DNA of 62,962 nt, filler included, from Octopus bimaculoides (GCF_001194135.2; 5 parts of 5 records of this genome joined end to end with filler, not necessarily neighbours in it), one strand, 5' to 3'. Positions 24,714 through 37,397 are shown, numbered from the whole stretch's first letter. Notes: generated from the sequence alone by a model not told the origin. Translations and numbers: made by a program.

Positions 24714-25395
24714 ATATATGGGTACGGAACGTCACTATCTGTAAACAACATGAAATACGAAAACAAGCAAGTTAAATACACAAATGAGAGAAAAAAAATT
24801 GAAAACAGGGCAAGTAACACAAAAAACGACCCTTCATCAGTTGTCGGCTGTCTATCTACTCCTCATTTCGAGCATTCAATGACAATATGAGTCTTCGAAA
24901 ACAGTTACTCTCATAACTTCCAAAATAAATTTTGATCTTATGGAGGGTCAAAGTTGGGAACAAAAACAGAACAGTGGAGACATACAAGGAAACTGAACAA
25001 AAACAAACATGGATGGTCGTTAGACCAGAACGAGGGGAAAGATAGCGAATGCTGGAAGAAATATTTTCTTTGAAAAGAGAAAAGATAGAAGACGTCCAGT
25101 CCTTAGAACGTACATGCAGGAAAAGAAAGATGGACAATGGTCACATGTGAGCAACGAGAGCAAGGAAAAGAGAAAGAGGGGTAGAAAGAGAGAGACAGAT
25201 AGAAAATGGTGAAGGGGAGAAAAAGGGAATTAGAGAAGGATGGGGAAGAGAACAGTGTAAAGTTGCATCAAAAAGGTTAAGATAACTTACTTGCAAATGG
25301 ATGCATGGGCATTCAATTAAATAATATAAATAATATATATATATATATATGGGTATAGGACGTCACCAACTGTCAACAACATGAAATACAAAACA
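24714..25395 (-). mobile_element. Non-coding element bounded by about 50-bp direct repeats, possibly Penelope-derived
   Basis: 24714-24765 and 25345-25395 are similar direct repeats; the minus strand contains ctgatgaaggg. Family assignment is inference. Confidence 0.4.
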
Positions 25396-25478
25396 CGCAC
25401 ACATATAGTTTATAGTTCCATTATAAGTGGGATCAACAAAAAAAGAAAAATACTCCATCCAGTGAGAGATAAATACCA

Positions 25479-25709
25479 TTTACCCCTTTTGATACCATAT
25501 TTCTGTTGAGATACTCTGAGTTTCTTTCAATTAATTTTAAATATAACAAAGAATTTAATAAAATAACTTAGTTATTATTAAGCTAGTGTTAGGAACATAA
25601 ATTGTGACTAAGGTTTGGTGGAAGATTTTAATTCAGAACTTTTGAAAACAAGACATCTGTACTACAGAGCCAGAGGCAGTTTCAGCCAGGTTGGTATCAA
25701 AAGGGTTAA
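25479..25709. mobile_element. MITE family M1, complete
   Basis: tttacccc-ttttgatacca ... ttggtatcaaaaggg-ttaa inverted ends. Confidence 0.75.
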
Positions 25710-26337
25710 TATACACAAAGAGCTACTACTAATAGTTTCATGCTTTAAGATGCATCAAACTGGCACATTTATATAACATGTTATGTATCTCCAAGCAATC
25801 TTTCAGTGTTGGTTAATAACTTTAGATGTATGTACCAGTAATCTTCTGTTCAATCTCCTGGATACTACAAAGTCCAAACATTCAAAAACCACAGCTCTAA
25901 AAGGTCACTCCATCAATTAGATAATTCTACAGTTTCTTATGTTTGGTATCTTGCTCATTTATGTTCAAGTACTACTCATGTTCTCTACCGTTTATTTCTA
26001 AAGTGTCAGTAAATATTATTATTGAAGTACAAGGATGGAATCAATTTAATTGATTACACTCCCTGTTTCAGTTGACAATAATCTTCCTTTAAAAAGTATT
26101 GATTTCATGTCTAAAGGGAACACAAATTGTCAATGAACAAGGCTTCCATTTTGGTGGAGGGTATAGTCAATTATATCAGCCTCAGTATTAAGCTGGTACT
26201 CTATTTTATCAACCCACAGGAAAGAAGAAAGGCAAATTTATTCGTAATATTATTCAGTGTTACTACAGCAGTGGATAGCAGAAATAATAGACTAAAAGAG
26301 GGAAAATACCTTGTGGTATTTAGTTACATCCTTTATC

Positions 26338-26537
26338 TTTCTTTCTTGTTTCAGTCATTAGACTGCAACCAAGCTGGAATACAACCTTGAAGAATTTTAG
26401 CTGAGTGAACTGAACCCAGTACTTATTTTTTAAAAGCATGGTACTTATTCTATTGGCCCCTTTTGTCGAACTGCTAAGTTATAGGAATGTAAACAAACCA
26501 ACACATATTGTCAAGCGGAGGTGGGGGACAAACACAA
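26338..26537 (-). mobile_element. SINE family A, 3' half
   Basis: cttgtttcagtc...ctgctaagttat...gggacaaacac. Confidence 0.75.
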
Positions 26538-26545
26538 ATATATAT

Positions 26546-26589
<44 letters not shown>

Positions 26590-27170
26590 NNNNNNNNNNN
26601 NNNNNNNNNNNNNNNNNNNNNNNNNNNNNNNNNNNNNNNNNNNNNNNNNNNNNNNNNNNNNNNNNNNNNNNNNNNNNNNNNNNNNNNNNNNNNNNNNNNN
26701 NNNNNNNNNNNNNNNNNNNNNNNNNNNNNNNNNNNNNNNNNNNNNNNNNNNNNNNNNNNNNNNNNNNNNNNNNNNNNNNNNNNNNNNNNNNNNNNNNNNN
26801 NNNNNNNNNNNNNNNNNNNNNNNNNNNNNNNNNNNNNNNNNNNNNNNNNNNNNNNNNNNNNNNNNNNNNNNNNNNNNNNNNNNNNNNNNNNNNNNNNNNN
26901 NNNNNNNNNNNNNNNNNNNNNNNNNNNNNNNNNNNNNNNNNNNNNNNNNNNNNNNNNNNNNNNNNNNNNNNNNNNNNNNNNNNNNNNNNNNNNNNNNNNN
27001 NNNNNNNNNNNNNNNNNNNNNNNNNNNNNNNNNNNNNNNNNNNNNNNNNNNNNNNNNNNNNNNNNNNNNNNNNNNNNNNNNNNNNNNNNNNNNNNNNNNN
27101 NNNNNNNNNNNNNNNNNNNNNNNNNNNNNNNNNNNNNNNNNNNNNNNNNNNNNNNNNNNNNNNNNNNNNN

Positions 27171-27230
27171 ACAAGATGAGGACAAATATCCGTCAAATGT
27201 AAATAATTCCTCATCTCTTAAATATAGAAC
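27171..27230 (+). mobile_element. Terminus shared with the hammerhead-bearing element at 40078-40218
   Basis: acaagatgag and ataattcctcatctcttaaatatagaac match 40177-40217; upstream part lost in a gap. Confidence 0.7.
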
Positions 27231-27231
27231 G

Positions 27232-27415
27232 GTAACACTTATTTATTCATACTGTTTTGAATTAATTATGCATTATCTAATAGATTCAAGATTTGAATGA
27301 TGCGATTGTTTATTTTTAGAATGACATTGTAGGGTAAGCATGAGAGGCCTGTCTGAACTTAAAACAGGAAAAATATTTGGGCTGGATATGGCAGGCTGAA
27401 ATGTTAAAGGGATAA
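27232..27415 (+). mobile_element. MITE family M2, right portion
   Basis: Matches the M2 body; ends aatgttaaagggataa. Confidence 0.7.
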
Positions 27416-27583
27416 AAGGAAAAGGATTGACTGAGTATGGTCTTGGATGTCAAGTAAAATCATTTCTGCCACTGGAAAACCTCAATTCATTTTCTTTTTA
27501 AACCAATCTTTTTCACCTATCAGTCTTGGACTTTCTCTACCCAGGCCCTGGCTAATCTCATATGCATTTTAACATTGGTGTAA

Positions 27584-27996
27584 ATTTTGTTGTGTCTAGG
27601 GATAGTCAACATGCCAATATAATTAACACACACATTGGTTCAATTCCACTCATTTATTAAATAGCCATTTTTTTTTTTTGTTAAAGTTCTTTCATTGCTT
27701 TTTTGCAACCTTCTTAATGACCATCGACTCTGTCCGTTATAGAGGGCTCATTTGTTTGTGAGATTTTGTTGCATGTGTGTGTCTCATAAAAATTGAAACG
27801 CAGCAAAATCTCAAACAGACAAACAAAAGCGCCCTCTATAATGGACAGAATCGATGGTCACTGAGAAGGTTGCAAAAAAACAAAGAAAGAGCTTTGACCA
27901 AAAAAAAAAAAAAATCGGATAGTTAATAAATGAGGGGAATTGAACTAGTGTATGTGTTAATTATATTAGCATAACGACTCTCCCTAGACACAAAAT
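27584..27996. mobile_element. Fold-back MITE with about 190-bp inverted arms
   Basis: Arms 27584-27772 and 27800-27996 (e.g. ccatcgactctgtccgttatagaggg versus ccctctataatggacagaatcgatgg); 27-bp spacer. Confidence 0.8.
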
Positions 27997-28631
27997 CTGT
28001 TTCAAAACATGAATTCACATAAAGAATCTTGCAAACCAAATACAGAAATGAAATTGGTGTAAATATTGTACTTATTAATCCTTAGTGGCACCATGGCACC
28101 CATCCCTCAGTGGAACTGGTGGTTCCCAGGGAACACATTTCTAGCAGTTTCTTTTTTACTTTTTCCCTAATCCTGCTAGGTGCCCACACACCCAACACTC
28201 ACAGCAAGTCTTAATAGGACCCAACTTAGTTGCTGACCACTCAACCATGAAAGTAATGGATTACATGGTAACCAGCAGCAGGTTTCCATGACACATGCCA
28301 CTTGTGACCACCCTGTCTTTTTCATGTTCAGGGATCTTAAAATCTCATTCTCCAGCATGTACTTTTCTAAGTAAATTTGACTGTTATATCTAGCAGGCTG
28401 AGTGACCACAGCCTCCTCATTGGTTCATATAAAGACAGTTCCTTGAAAGGGCACTGGACATTTATTTCAGTAAGGATAACTTGATGTACACTGACTTAAA
28501 AAAAAAAAAAACACAGGATGGTTATGGCATAAAGAATCCTTGATCATAATAAGCCTGCTCAATCAGGGTTGACTCGGGGCTGGACTTCAACAGCAGCAAT
28601 TTTTATTTACTTCATATTTTCTGCACCATTT

Positions 28632-28806
28632 GCAGGTGTGGAAGTGTGGTGAGAAGTTTGCTTCTTAAACCACATGGTTCTGGGCTCAGTCTTACTGTGT
28701 GGCACCTTGGGTAAATATTTCCCACCATAGCTGCAGGCCAAATATACTTTGTAAGTGAATTTGGTAGACAGAAACTGAAAGAATTTTGTGTGTGTGTGTG
28801 TGTGTG

Positions 28807-28848
<42 letters not shown>

Positions 28849-29245
28849 ACAATAAATTGTATGGTATACACCTGGTAGTTTGCCGGTAAAGCACATCCAC
28901 TTTCATGGTGTTCGTTGGGTATTTGATTAATGAGATGGAAGATGAAAGATACGAGAGATGCTAGATGGCTCAAAACAATTGTAGTGATTAATAAACATAT
29001 TCATATCTTCCATCTCTCTCATTATATATATATGCATGTGTTTATCCACCCACCGCCACTTAACAACCAGTGTTGGTTTGTTTCTGTTCCTATAACTTAG
29101 CAGTTCAACAAATGACTGACAGAATAAGCACCAGACTTAAAAAGAAAAAAAGAGCTGGGGTTGATATGTTTGACTAAACTCTTTCAAGGCAGTGTCTCAG
29201 CATGGCCACAGTCCACTGATTGAAACAAGTAAAAGATAAAAGATA
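28632..29245 (+). mobile_element. SINE family A split by unrelated sequence at about 28850-29020
   Basis: Head half 28632-28790 and 3' half 29035-29245. Confidence 0.7.
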
Positions 29246-30304
29246 TATAATTCGTTGAAATAGCTAACACCTTACAAACACACTGTAGTTCTATTCTGGC
29301 AGGAAAGGAAAATGTTTTAACACTTTTAAGTCCCATCGGGAATTAAGAGTCTGTGAAAGAACGAACAGAGTTTTAATTTTGCAGAAATGTAGCACAAGCA
29401 AATCCAAAGATTGTGCTCATAATAACATTTATAAACACCACAGAATTTGCTTCTGAGAAAAAAAAAAAAAGCAACTTATTTATGCATTTACACTATATAT
29501 TTGTCTCTGTTATATAACTCTTCTAACTCACATGATTTGCTATCTACAGGATTGTAAGTGATTTATAGCTTGTTAACTCAAATATTTTACTTTTCAGAAC
29601 ATCAAGAAAATAGCTTTTATTGAGGTCTAGCAGTTTTCTGATATGGTTTTATAGTTATTCATTCATACTAACTTGGTTTGGATTGTTCTGCATAAATTAC
29701 ATTAAATGTTTGAGTAGGCTGTTTCTATTTTTTCTGTTTATCATTATTATTATTAACACGGCTGGGAGCACATTTTTAAAATCACAAACCTGAAGTAAAA
29801 GGCACTTTTTTCAGCAAGACTGAGCAAGTAAACACTGTCTTAGCTCAGGTCAAAATATAAACATTTGGTTTGGCAGCCCAACATCTTAACTCGTTAGCTT
29901 CTAAACTCTTTAAGCTCTGATCATGAAATATCTCATGCAAACTACAAGTGCAAAATATATCTTAATGCTTAAAAGGTTTTAAACCTCTAGCCTCCACATA
30001 AAGTCAGATCTTGATTAGTAAGTCACCAGCTTTTGTTATTAGTTACAGCTCTGTTAACAACCACACAATTTGTGTTACAATGATCCGACTTCCAGCATTT
30101 TTCATGAACACCACCACACCTTATCAAGATTACCACAGTTCCTTTTAATGTTCAACCCCCACCACACACGCCCCAGCTTCCACATTATCAAAATTGTAAC
30201 CCAAGTGCATCCAATTCACATAATTTGAGAAAAGTATTAACGTCACACAATCTCATTTGCCATCGAAAACTTGGAAATATATGTAATATATATATATATA
30301 TATA

Positions 30305-30635
30305 GTGTCTTCTACTATAACCTTGAGCTGACCAAAGCCTTAGGAGTGGATTTGGTATATGTACATGTGTATGTATGTATATATCATCATCATCGTTTAA
30401 CGTCCGCTTTCCATGCTATGTGTGTCATTGTATCTATTTGTCTGTCCACCATCACTTGACAACTGATGGTGGTGTGTTTATGTTCCTGTAACTTAGCAGT
30501 TTGGCAAAAGGGACCGATTGATTAAGTACTAGGCTTACAAAGAATAAGTCCTGGAGTTGATTTGTTTGACTAAAACCCTCTAAGGCAGTACTCCAGCATG
30601 GCTGCAATCAAATGACTGAAAAGTGTAAAAGAATA
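30305..30635 (+). mobile_element. SINE family A lacking its head, with a small family C fragment inside
   Basis: gtgtcttctactata...tgactgaaaagtgtaaaaga; catcatcatcgtttaacgtccg at about 30385-30415. Confidence 0.75.
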
Positions 30636-30656
30636 GAATATATATATACTATTAAG

Positions 30657-30676
30657 TGCATTCTTACCCCATTTTG

Positions 30677-30714
<38 letters not shown>

Positions 30715-31455
30715 CAGCGCACGTACACTTTGGTCTCTTATATGTAAGTATATATTTATCTAAATCTTGTACGACTCTATTCTTTCTATCAGCCCTTTCA
30801 TGCTGATTTCGTTCATTCCACTCTTTGTTCTTTCGTTCCCCCTCTCTCACATTTCCTTGCCTTCTCTTCATGCTCACTTTCCCTCCTCTTTTCACTTCAC
30901 TGTGTCCCTGTCATTTTTTCTCCTCTCCTTAATTCTTCTGTCCCACTGCCTCTACCTCTCTCTCTCCTCTCTCCCCCACGTGACCGGTGTTCAGCCAAGC
31001 CTGATCTTTCTTTCTTTCTTGGTTCGGCCATCATCCATGCAACATCTATATTCCTCCCTGTGCCTGTGAAATCTTGTATCCCTGCCGTAATGCTTTATTT
31101 CCACACACACCAGCTTAATTTAATTTGTCTTTAGTTGAAAGACACCTGTTGTTATGTCTTGTTATTTGTATTTGTGTAACATTCTCCGTTTTCGTATACA
31201 TTCACTGCTTTCTTCCAAGGAATCTAACGCTCTTAGCTTAGTTTTTCCTTGGGGCTGGCCAGATTGGAGCAATCTCGAGTATAACCAGCCGAAATTGCAA
31301 AGATAATCTGGAACTCGACTGAGGAAAGAAAACTCCAAATGACCCATCCTTGATTCCTTTGTATTGTCTATCTGGATGTTTTGTTGTCCCTTTTTTGTAT
31401 CACCTAACTGTCTAGATGTTTTGCATTCTTGTCCCATTTTGCATTTTATATATAT
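30657..31455 (+). mobile_element. Non-coding element bounded by about 30-bp direct repeats plus (TA)n, possibly Penelope-derived
   Basis: tgcattcttaccccattttgtatttt (30657) versus tgcattcttgtcccattttgcatttt (31422). Confidence 0.4.
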
Positions 31456-31489
31456 ATATATATATTACATTAAGTAACATATCAATTGT

Positions 31490-31710
31490 CATCATCATCA
31501 TCATCACTTAATGTCCACTTTTGCATGTATTGAATGGAATTTGTTGAGGCAGATTTTCTACTGCTGGATGCCCTTCCGATCACCAACCCTTACCTGTTCC
31601 GAAGTAAAGTAAAATTTCCCCATGACCAGACATGTTATCATGGAAGAATGGAAACAAAGAACACTGCATGCATGATGGTGATATTAAATTACAGCTATCA
31701 AGTGAAATCA
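31490..31710 (-). mobile_element. Family C' element
   Basis: (CAT)n tail and ctggatgcccttcc motif; body similar to 20640-20825. Confidence 0.6.
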
Positions 31711-31734
31711 GGAAAGGAGGCGATAAAACACAGA

Positions 31735-32165
31735 CACACACATATATATATATATACATTAATTTATGATGGTCTTCTCTCAATTTCCATCTACCAAATC
31801 CACTCATAACGCTTTGACTGGCCCATGGCTATAGTAAAAGATACTTACTTGCCCAAGGTGCTACACAGTGGGACTGAACCCATCACAATGTGGTTGGGAA
31901 GCAAACTTCTTACCACACAGCTATGCCTGCACCTAAAGATGCAATTTGTTCATGTGAACAAGACTGACAGACACAAGAAAGTGTACAGAGAGTGAGTGAG
32001 ATAGAGGGGAGGTGGAAAGAGTAGGAAGATGAGTTGTATCTTTTTTTTTAAAGCCCAGTACTTATTCTATCGGTCTCTTTTACCAAACCACTAAGTTACA
32101 GGGACTCAAACAAATATATAAATATGAGGGACTGCTTTCAGTTTCCATCTACCAAATCCACTCCA
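31735..32165 (-). mobile_element. SINE family A fragments (31735-31935, 32052-32165)
   Basis: Family A motifs. Confidence 0.7.
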
Positions 32166-32446
32166 CAAGAAAAAAAAACCCTATTCCAATTGAAAGCTAC
32201 ATGAATTGATGTTATTAATTATAGACCAGAGAATTTTGCCCAGGAATACAATGAAACACTAACAGCACATTTGAACTCACATCCTGTCAGTAAATATAGT
32301 AACATATTAAACTCACTTAACCATCTTGTTGCAACACTAACTTGTTGGTGGATAAAGTATGTTAGAATAAAAACAATGCCTGCAACTGATTTGAGCTCAA
32401 CCAAACACATTATCCACAAAGCTATCATTTTGAACTATGAGGGAGT

Positions 32447-32481
<35 letters not shown>

Positions 32482-32819
32482 AAATTATTACCAAACTTCT
32501 GACTATCAGAGAAGAATTTTAAATGCTTGATTCTAAAACTAAAATAAGACAAGGAACGCATTTTAGTATATTTTTTATTAAATGTTTTTTCTTTTAATTT
32601 TTGTCTTTTGGATTTGCTTTAAAAAAAGTATTATACATATTTACACACAAACATATTCACATATACACTAAATGTACTGAATGTGTGCACATAAAGACAC
32701 ACAGAAAAACATACATCTGTGATATATATGTATTGCAAAAATAAAGATACATATATATATATGCACCTTATACATACAACACAACATACATAAATGCACA
32801 GACAGCAAATCATATATAT

Positions 32820-33032
32820 TGGTTTCCAATTTTGGCACAAAGCCAGCAATTTCGAAGGAGGATGTAAGTTGATTACATTGACCCCAGCGGTCAACTGATA
32901 CTTATTTTATCGACTTCGAAAGGATGAAAGGCAAAGTCAACCTTGGTGAAATTTGAACTCAGAACATAAAGACAAATGAAATACCGCTAAGTATTGTTCA
33001 GTGCGGTAACAATTCTGCCAGCTCACCGCCTT
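32820..33032 (-). mobile_element. SINE family B
   Basis: ggcacaaagcc...ggatgaaaggcaaagtcaacc...tttgaactcag...gctcaccgcctt. Confidence 0.85.
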
Positions 33033-33486
33033 CAGAAAAATCATACATATTGTGTAGTAGATTGTATATGGCAGTGAAGATTTAATTTTTACTTTACAAA
33101 TTTATATTTAAAGAAAAAAAAAAGAAAAAGAAAAAGGAAAAAAAGAAAAAAATGTGCCTCAGCACAGCTATAGTCCAATAACTGAAACCACTACAGAAAA
33201 AAAAAAAAAAAAGAAACAAACAAAGCATGTAGTAAGACCACAGTTGGTATTAGTGGCAGAAAACTTCCATTCCCTTTGCCAAAGTCAAACTTGGATGTAC
33301 AGACCTCCAATCAAATACCTTTCTTTACAGGTGATCTTGGATTTCAAAAGTAAAAACCTAGACTCACATATGTCCTGCCTCATTTTCCTTGGTGAACATT
33401 CTGACAAGACACACACAATAAGTACATATACAAAAGATTGCTGCCTCTGGGCTTGCATTAGTCATAAATATATAGGACTTCAATAA

Positions 33487-33680
33487 CCTTTTCTACTACA
33501 GGCACAAGGGCTGATATTTCTGCAGGGGGAAGGAGTAAATTGATTACATTGACCCCCACTACTTGACTGGTACTTATTTTATCAACTCTGAAAGGATAAA
33601 AGGCAATGTCAACCTTGGTGGAATTCGAACTCAAAACAGAGACAGATGAAAAGCTGGTAAGCATTTTGTCCAGCCTGCTG
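33487..33680 (-). mobile_element. SINE family B
   Basis: Same motifs as 32820-33032. Confidence 0.8.
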
Positions 33681-33880
33681 TCTTGTGCAGGACTTTAATA
33701 TTAAATAAGGCCTAGCCCTGGATTGAAGTTTCATGCAAAGACATATTTGTATGCAAGAAGCCAACTGTTGGCTTGTTATAGAATTCACTGACAAGAAAGT
33801 AGTTGAACTTTATGTCTTTATCTGAAAATAGCAGTCATTTGTAGAAAATGTGTGTGTTTGTGTGTGTGTGTGTGTATGAG

Positions 33881-33923
<43 letters not shown>

Positions 33924-33928
33924 CTTAC

Positions 33929-34507
33929 TGTTCTGTTATAGGTAGAGTCAACAAAAGAAGAACTCCATCTAATGAGATAAATATCAGTTAATAAACAAAG
34001 TATTAAATATGAGCTAATAGTGTCATACTGTGAAAACAATAATTCGGCTTTATATAAATCAGCTGAATTACTGTGTTTCCAAAGTATGAAACTATTAGTA
34101 ATTCATATTTAAATAACGTGCATATTAAATGATATATATATAAAACTTGCCTGGAAGGCCTGTACCCACAGGTGAAACTCAGAGTAGCAAGAGATTGACT
34201 TGGCCAAGATAAAAATTAAAATATGATTAATCTCAACTATGACATCAAAGTATTCTTTCTTCTGACAGTCAACACTAAACAGGTATGTGTGTGTGTGGCT
34301 GCCAAACAAATTTACAGGCACCTTGCACAGTACAATATTAATAAACTTGTATAATTTATACAAATGTACAGGTACCTATATTTCATTTAATTATCTAAGT
34401 AAATTTAATATTTGTTTTATTTAACGTGTAACCACACGATGTTCAGAAAATTTAGCAATCTGGAATAGCTTTGGAACCAAATGTTCTGGAAAACTGAGGT
34501 TGTACTT
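33929..34507 (-). CDS. Weak candidate host exons of an unknown protein (34507-34433, 34274-34151, 34027-33929)
   Basis: Pyrimidine-rich AG acceptors; donors CAG/GCAAGT and ACA/GTAAGC for the last two, which join in frame (...SEFHLWVQAFQ|YDTISSYLILCLL...). No domain recognised; composition is also compatible with random AT-rich DNA. Confidence 0.2.
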
Positions 34508-34665
34508 CTATTAGCAAAATTAAAACAAATATTAATTTAGTGATATATGAGTGCTTTCAACTGGTTATCATACCACTTCTAGGATTCAATTGTTTAGTTT
34601 CAACACAGTAACTCAGATCAAAGGTTACTAACACACACAAACATACACATATGCAGATATATATA

Positions 34666-35714
34666 CAGGGTGTTCAGGCTAAATTTGACAATATTTTTTT
34701 CAAGAACAGTTTGATGTATTGATAAACAGTCAATGGCATTGGAGAGCATAAATATTGAAGTTGTAGTTGAGTAAAAGCTAGCTGACATGGAGGACAGGAA
34801 ACCATCTGAATATTGGAAAAGGTAACAAAATGCCGACATCATGACTGCTGCTCAATGCTCTGTGAACACCTTAAAGGCTGTAAGAAGTGACATGGACATC
34901 ACGAAAACCAAATTCCCCCAAATTGTGACGGTCTTTGGGTGTGTTTCCAGTAAGGGTGATATCATGCTACCCCACATCTTTGAAAAGGGCCTAATTCAGA
35001 TGGCTATGTCTGGAGACTGGTCAAACACTGGCTGGAGAGGGTTACTACTAGAATGCTATAGGTGTGGCAGCAGGATTCAGTGCTTAGCCATAACTCCAGA
35101 AAGAGTCAGAAATGGTTGTTAGAGAATTACTACAATTTCCTCAACCCCAATTTCTGGCCTCCTAATTCCTCTGATTATAATCCCATGGGTTACCATATAT
35201 GGGGTACAGTTGAGAAAGACACCAGCTGTTTTGCCTGCAAACACCAAGGCCAAGCTGGTGGCCAAGATCAAGGAGGTGTACAAAGATCTTCATAGGGACA
35301 CAGTGAAGAATGCATGCGCCAGGTTCCAGAGCCATCTTGAGGCCACAGTGGAAGCTGCAGGCAGCTACTTTGAGTAAACTGTTAACTCCCAGCCATAATC
35401 TAGTTGATACTTTTTGATTTTTTTTCACAACCATCGGAGCATGAAGTACTCCTCATGACCACAAGTCTGTGAGATGGCTGTGATCTGTGAAAAAGTTTTG
35501 AGTAAGAACCAGAAAAAGACGGATGAACATGCAGTAAAGAGAAGAATAAAAATGCAATATCAAACAAGTTATATGATGGTCTGCATACCACATCTGACGC
35601 CACTTTCATGCAGCTTTGCTGCAATTTTCTTGTTTTAAAATACTTTCATTTTTGGAATAAATAGAGCTTTCTTTTCCTTTTATGCAAACTGTCAAATTTA
35701 GCCCTAACAGCCTG
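34666..35714 (+). mobile_element. Tc1/mariner DD37D (maT-type) transposon, internally deleted
   Basis: 24-bp TIRs cagggtgttcaggctaaatttgac / gtcaaatttagccctaacagcctg (3 mismatches), TA on both sides; frameshifted transposase VFGCVSS...WQQD-37 aa-(G for D)YHIWG, WPPNSSDYNP. Confidence 0.85.
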
Positions 35715-36038
35715 TAAATATGTTTGTAGGTAGTAGTTCTCAGATGGATGAAAAATTAAACTCCAACTCCACCATCGAGGACTGGTGCCTCTGATATTGA
35801 AAATAAGGTATAAGAAACAATCCATGATGAGCTGTTATGGAGGCAGAAAGGCTGATAAACACAAGTAGGCTCTCAATGCCTATATTTACATGGAATACAA
35901 AATATAGATGGAAAAAAAGTAAACAAAAGTTATTATATAGCTTATGCAATCATTTTCTGTAACCTGTATTTACTCGTAAATATACACATTAAGGTTACTT
36001 GTGTTTATCTACCTCTCTCTCTCTCTCTCTCTCATATA

Positions 36039-36332
36039 CACCTTCTCCTCGACTTATGACCAAATTCCGTTTCAACTGACAAGTCGTAAGTCAATCTGGT
36101 CATATGTCGGATTTATATCTTCCAACACTATTTTCATTCAAACAAAACTGATGCTTCAAAATGACTTAGTGAGAGACAGTGGAAAGCAGTAGATGCCGAG
36201 GTCTGAGAGAGGCCTGCGTTGCCAGATACTGCCAGTTATCATACGAGCAGCTGCCCAACGTCTGAAAATCAATTTTTTATTTCTTTTTTTATTTTCTTAT
36301 TTTTTTGTGGTCGTAAGTCGAGGAGGTGCGTG
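36039..36332. mobile_element. Tigger/pogo-type MITE
   Basis: TIR core tcctcgacttatgacca / tggtcgtaagtcgagga (1 mismatch), TA flanks. Confidence 0.75.
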
Positions 36333-36363
<31 letters not shown>

Positions 36364-36856
36364 GTTTCTTTTCATGTTCAGCTGTAATAAAAACAATTTT
36401 ACATTAATTTGATGGGTCACTCTATACTTTTGTAGAGTACAAATTTATCGTTCTTATACAAGAAAGTTGTTGACAGTGCCTTCTAAGTTTCAGTAGTCCA
36501 ACGACGGTTTAACTGGCCAAAACTTGGAAGTCACTATCAACAACATTCTTGCATAAGAATAGAATAAATATATATATATATATATATATACATAATTCAT
36601 AAATTAAGTGATTACAAAATAAGTTTGAGATGATTTAAAAGAAAAATATTCATTAAAAAAAAAAAACAGAAAAAGTTTTAAAAAAAAAACAAAAAACAAA
36701 CAGAAAAAAATGTAAAAGGAAAATAATCAACTTTTTATCACAATTCTGCTTTCAGCTACTGAATCCATTCATTCATGACTGAGAATCTACTTTGTTTCCT
36801 GTTCAATAATACAAGTTAACTGTATTTATCCACTATACAAACAACACACAACCAAT

Positions 36857-36913
<57 letters not shown>

Positions 36914-36919
36914 TCGTTT

Positions 36920-37019
36920 NNNNNNNNNNNNNNNNNNNNNNNNNNNNNNNNNNNNNNNNNNNNTTAATTAATTAANNNNNNNNNNNNNNNNNNNNNNNNN
37001 NNNNNNNNNNNNNNNNNNN
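36920..37019. other. Assembly spacer 44N-TTAATTAATTAA-44N
   Basis: Same 100-bp structure. Confidence 0.95.
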
Positions 37020-37362
37020 TATGAATAAATTTAAGATAATAAGGGTGAAAAATTGAATATTAATTTGATTAATATCAATTTAAAACCAGTGGCCTAGCAT
37101 ATTGAAACATCTGAAGATTCAGAAAAATTATATTACATACATATAAGAGGGATACCACTATGTGGACATCCATTATGCTACAAGTAGACCCCCTATGGTC
37201 TTACCACTAAGAAAAGATTGTTCTCAAGAAAATTCAGCAAACGCCAGAACATAAGCAAGCAGGACAAATGAAAGGATACAAAATATGAAGATTAATCACA
37301 AACCCGGTTTATTTAAATTCAAATATCCATGTTCTCTAACTGACAAAGTTCACTGCAGAGAA

Positions 37363-37394
<32 letters not shown>

Positions 37395-37397
<3 letters not shown>

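Noticed and set aside
37105-37135. ctgaaga...gaaa motif as another hammerhead
   Set aside because: No stem II or stem I can be drawn.
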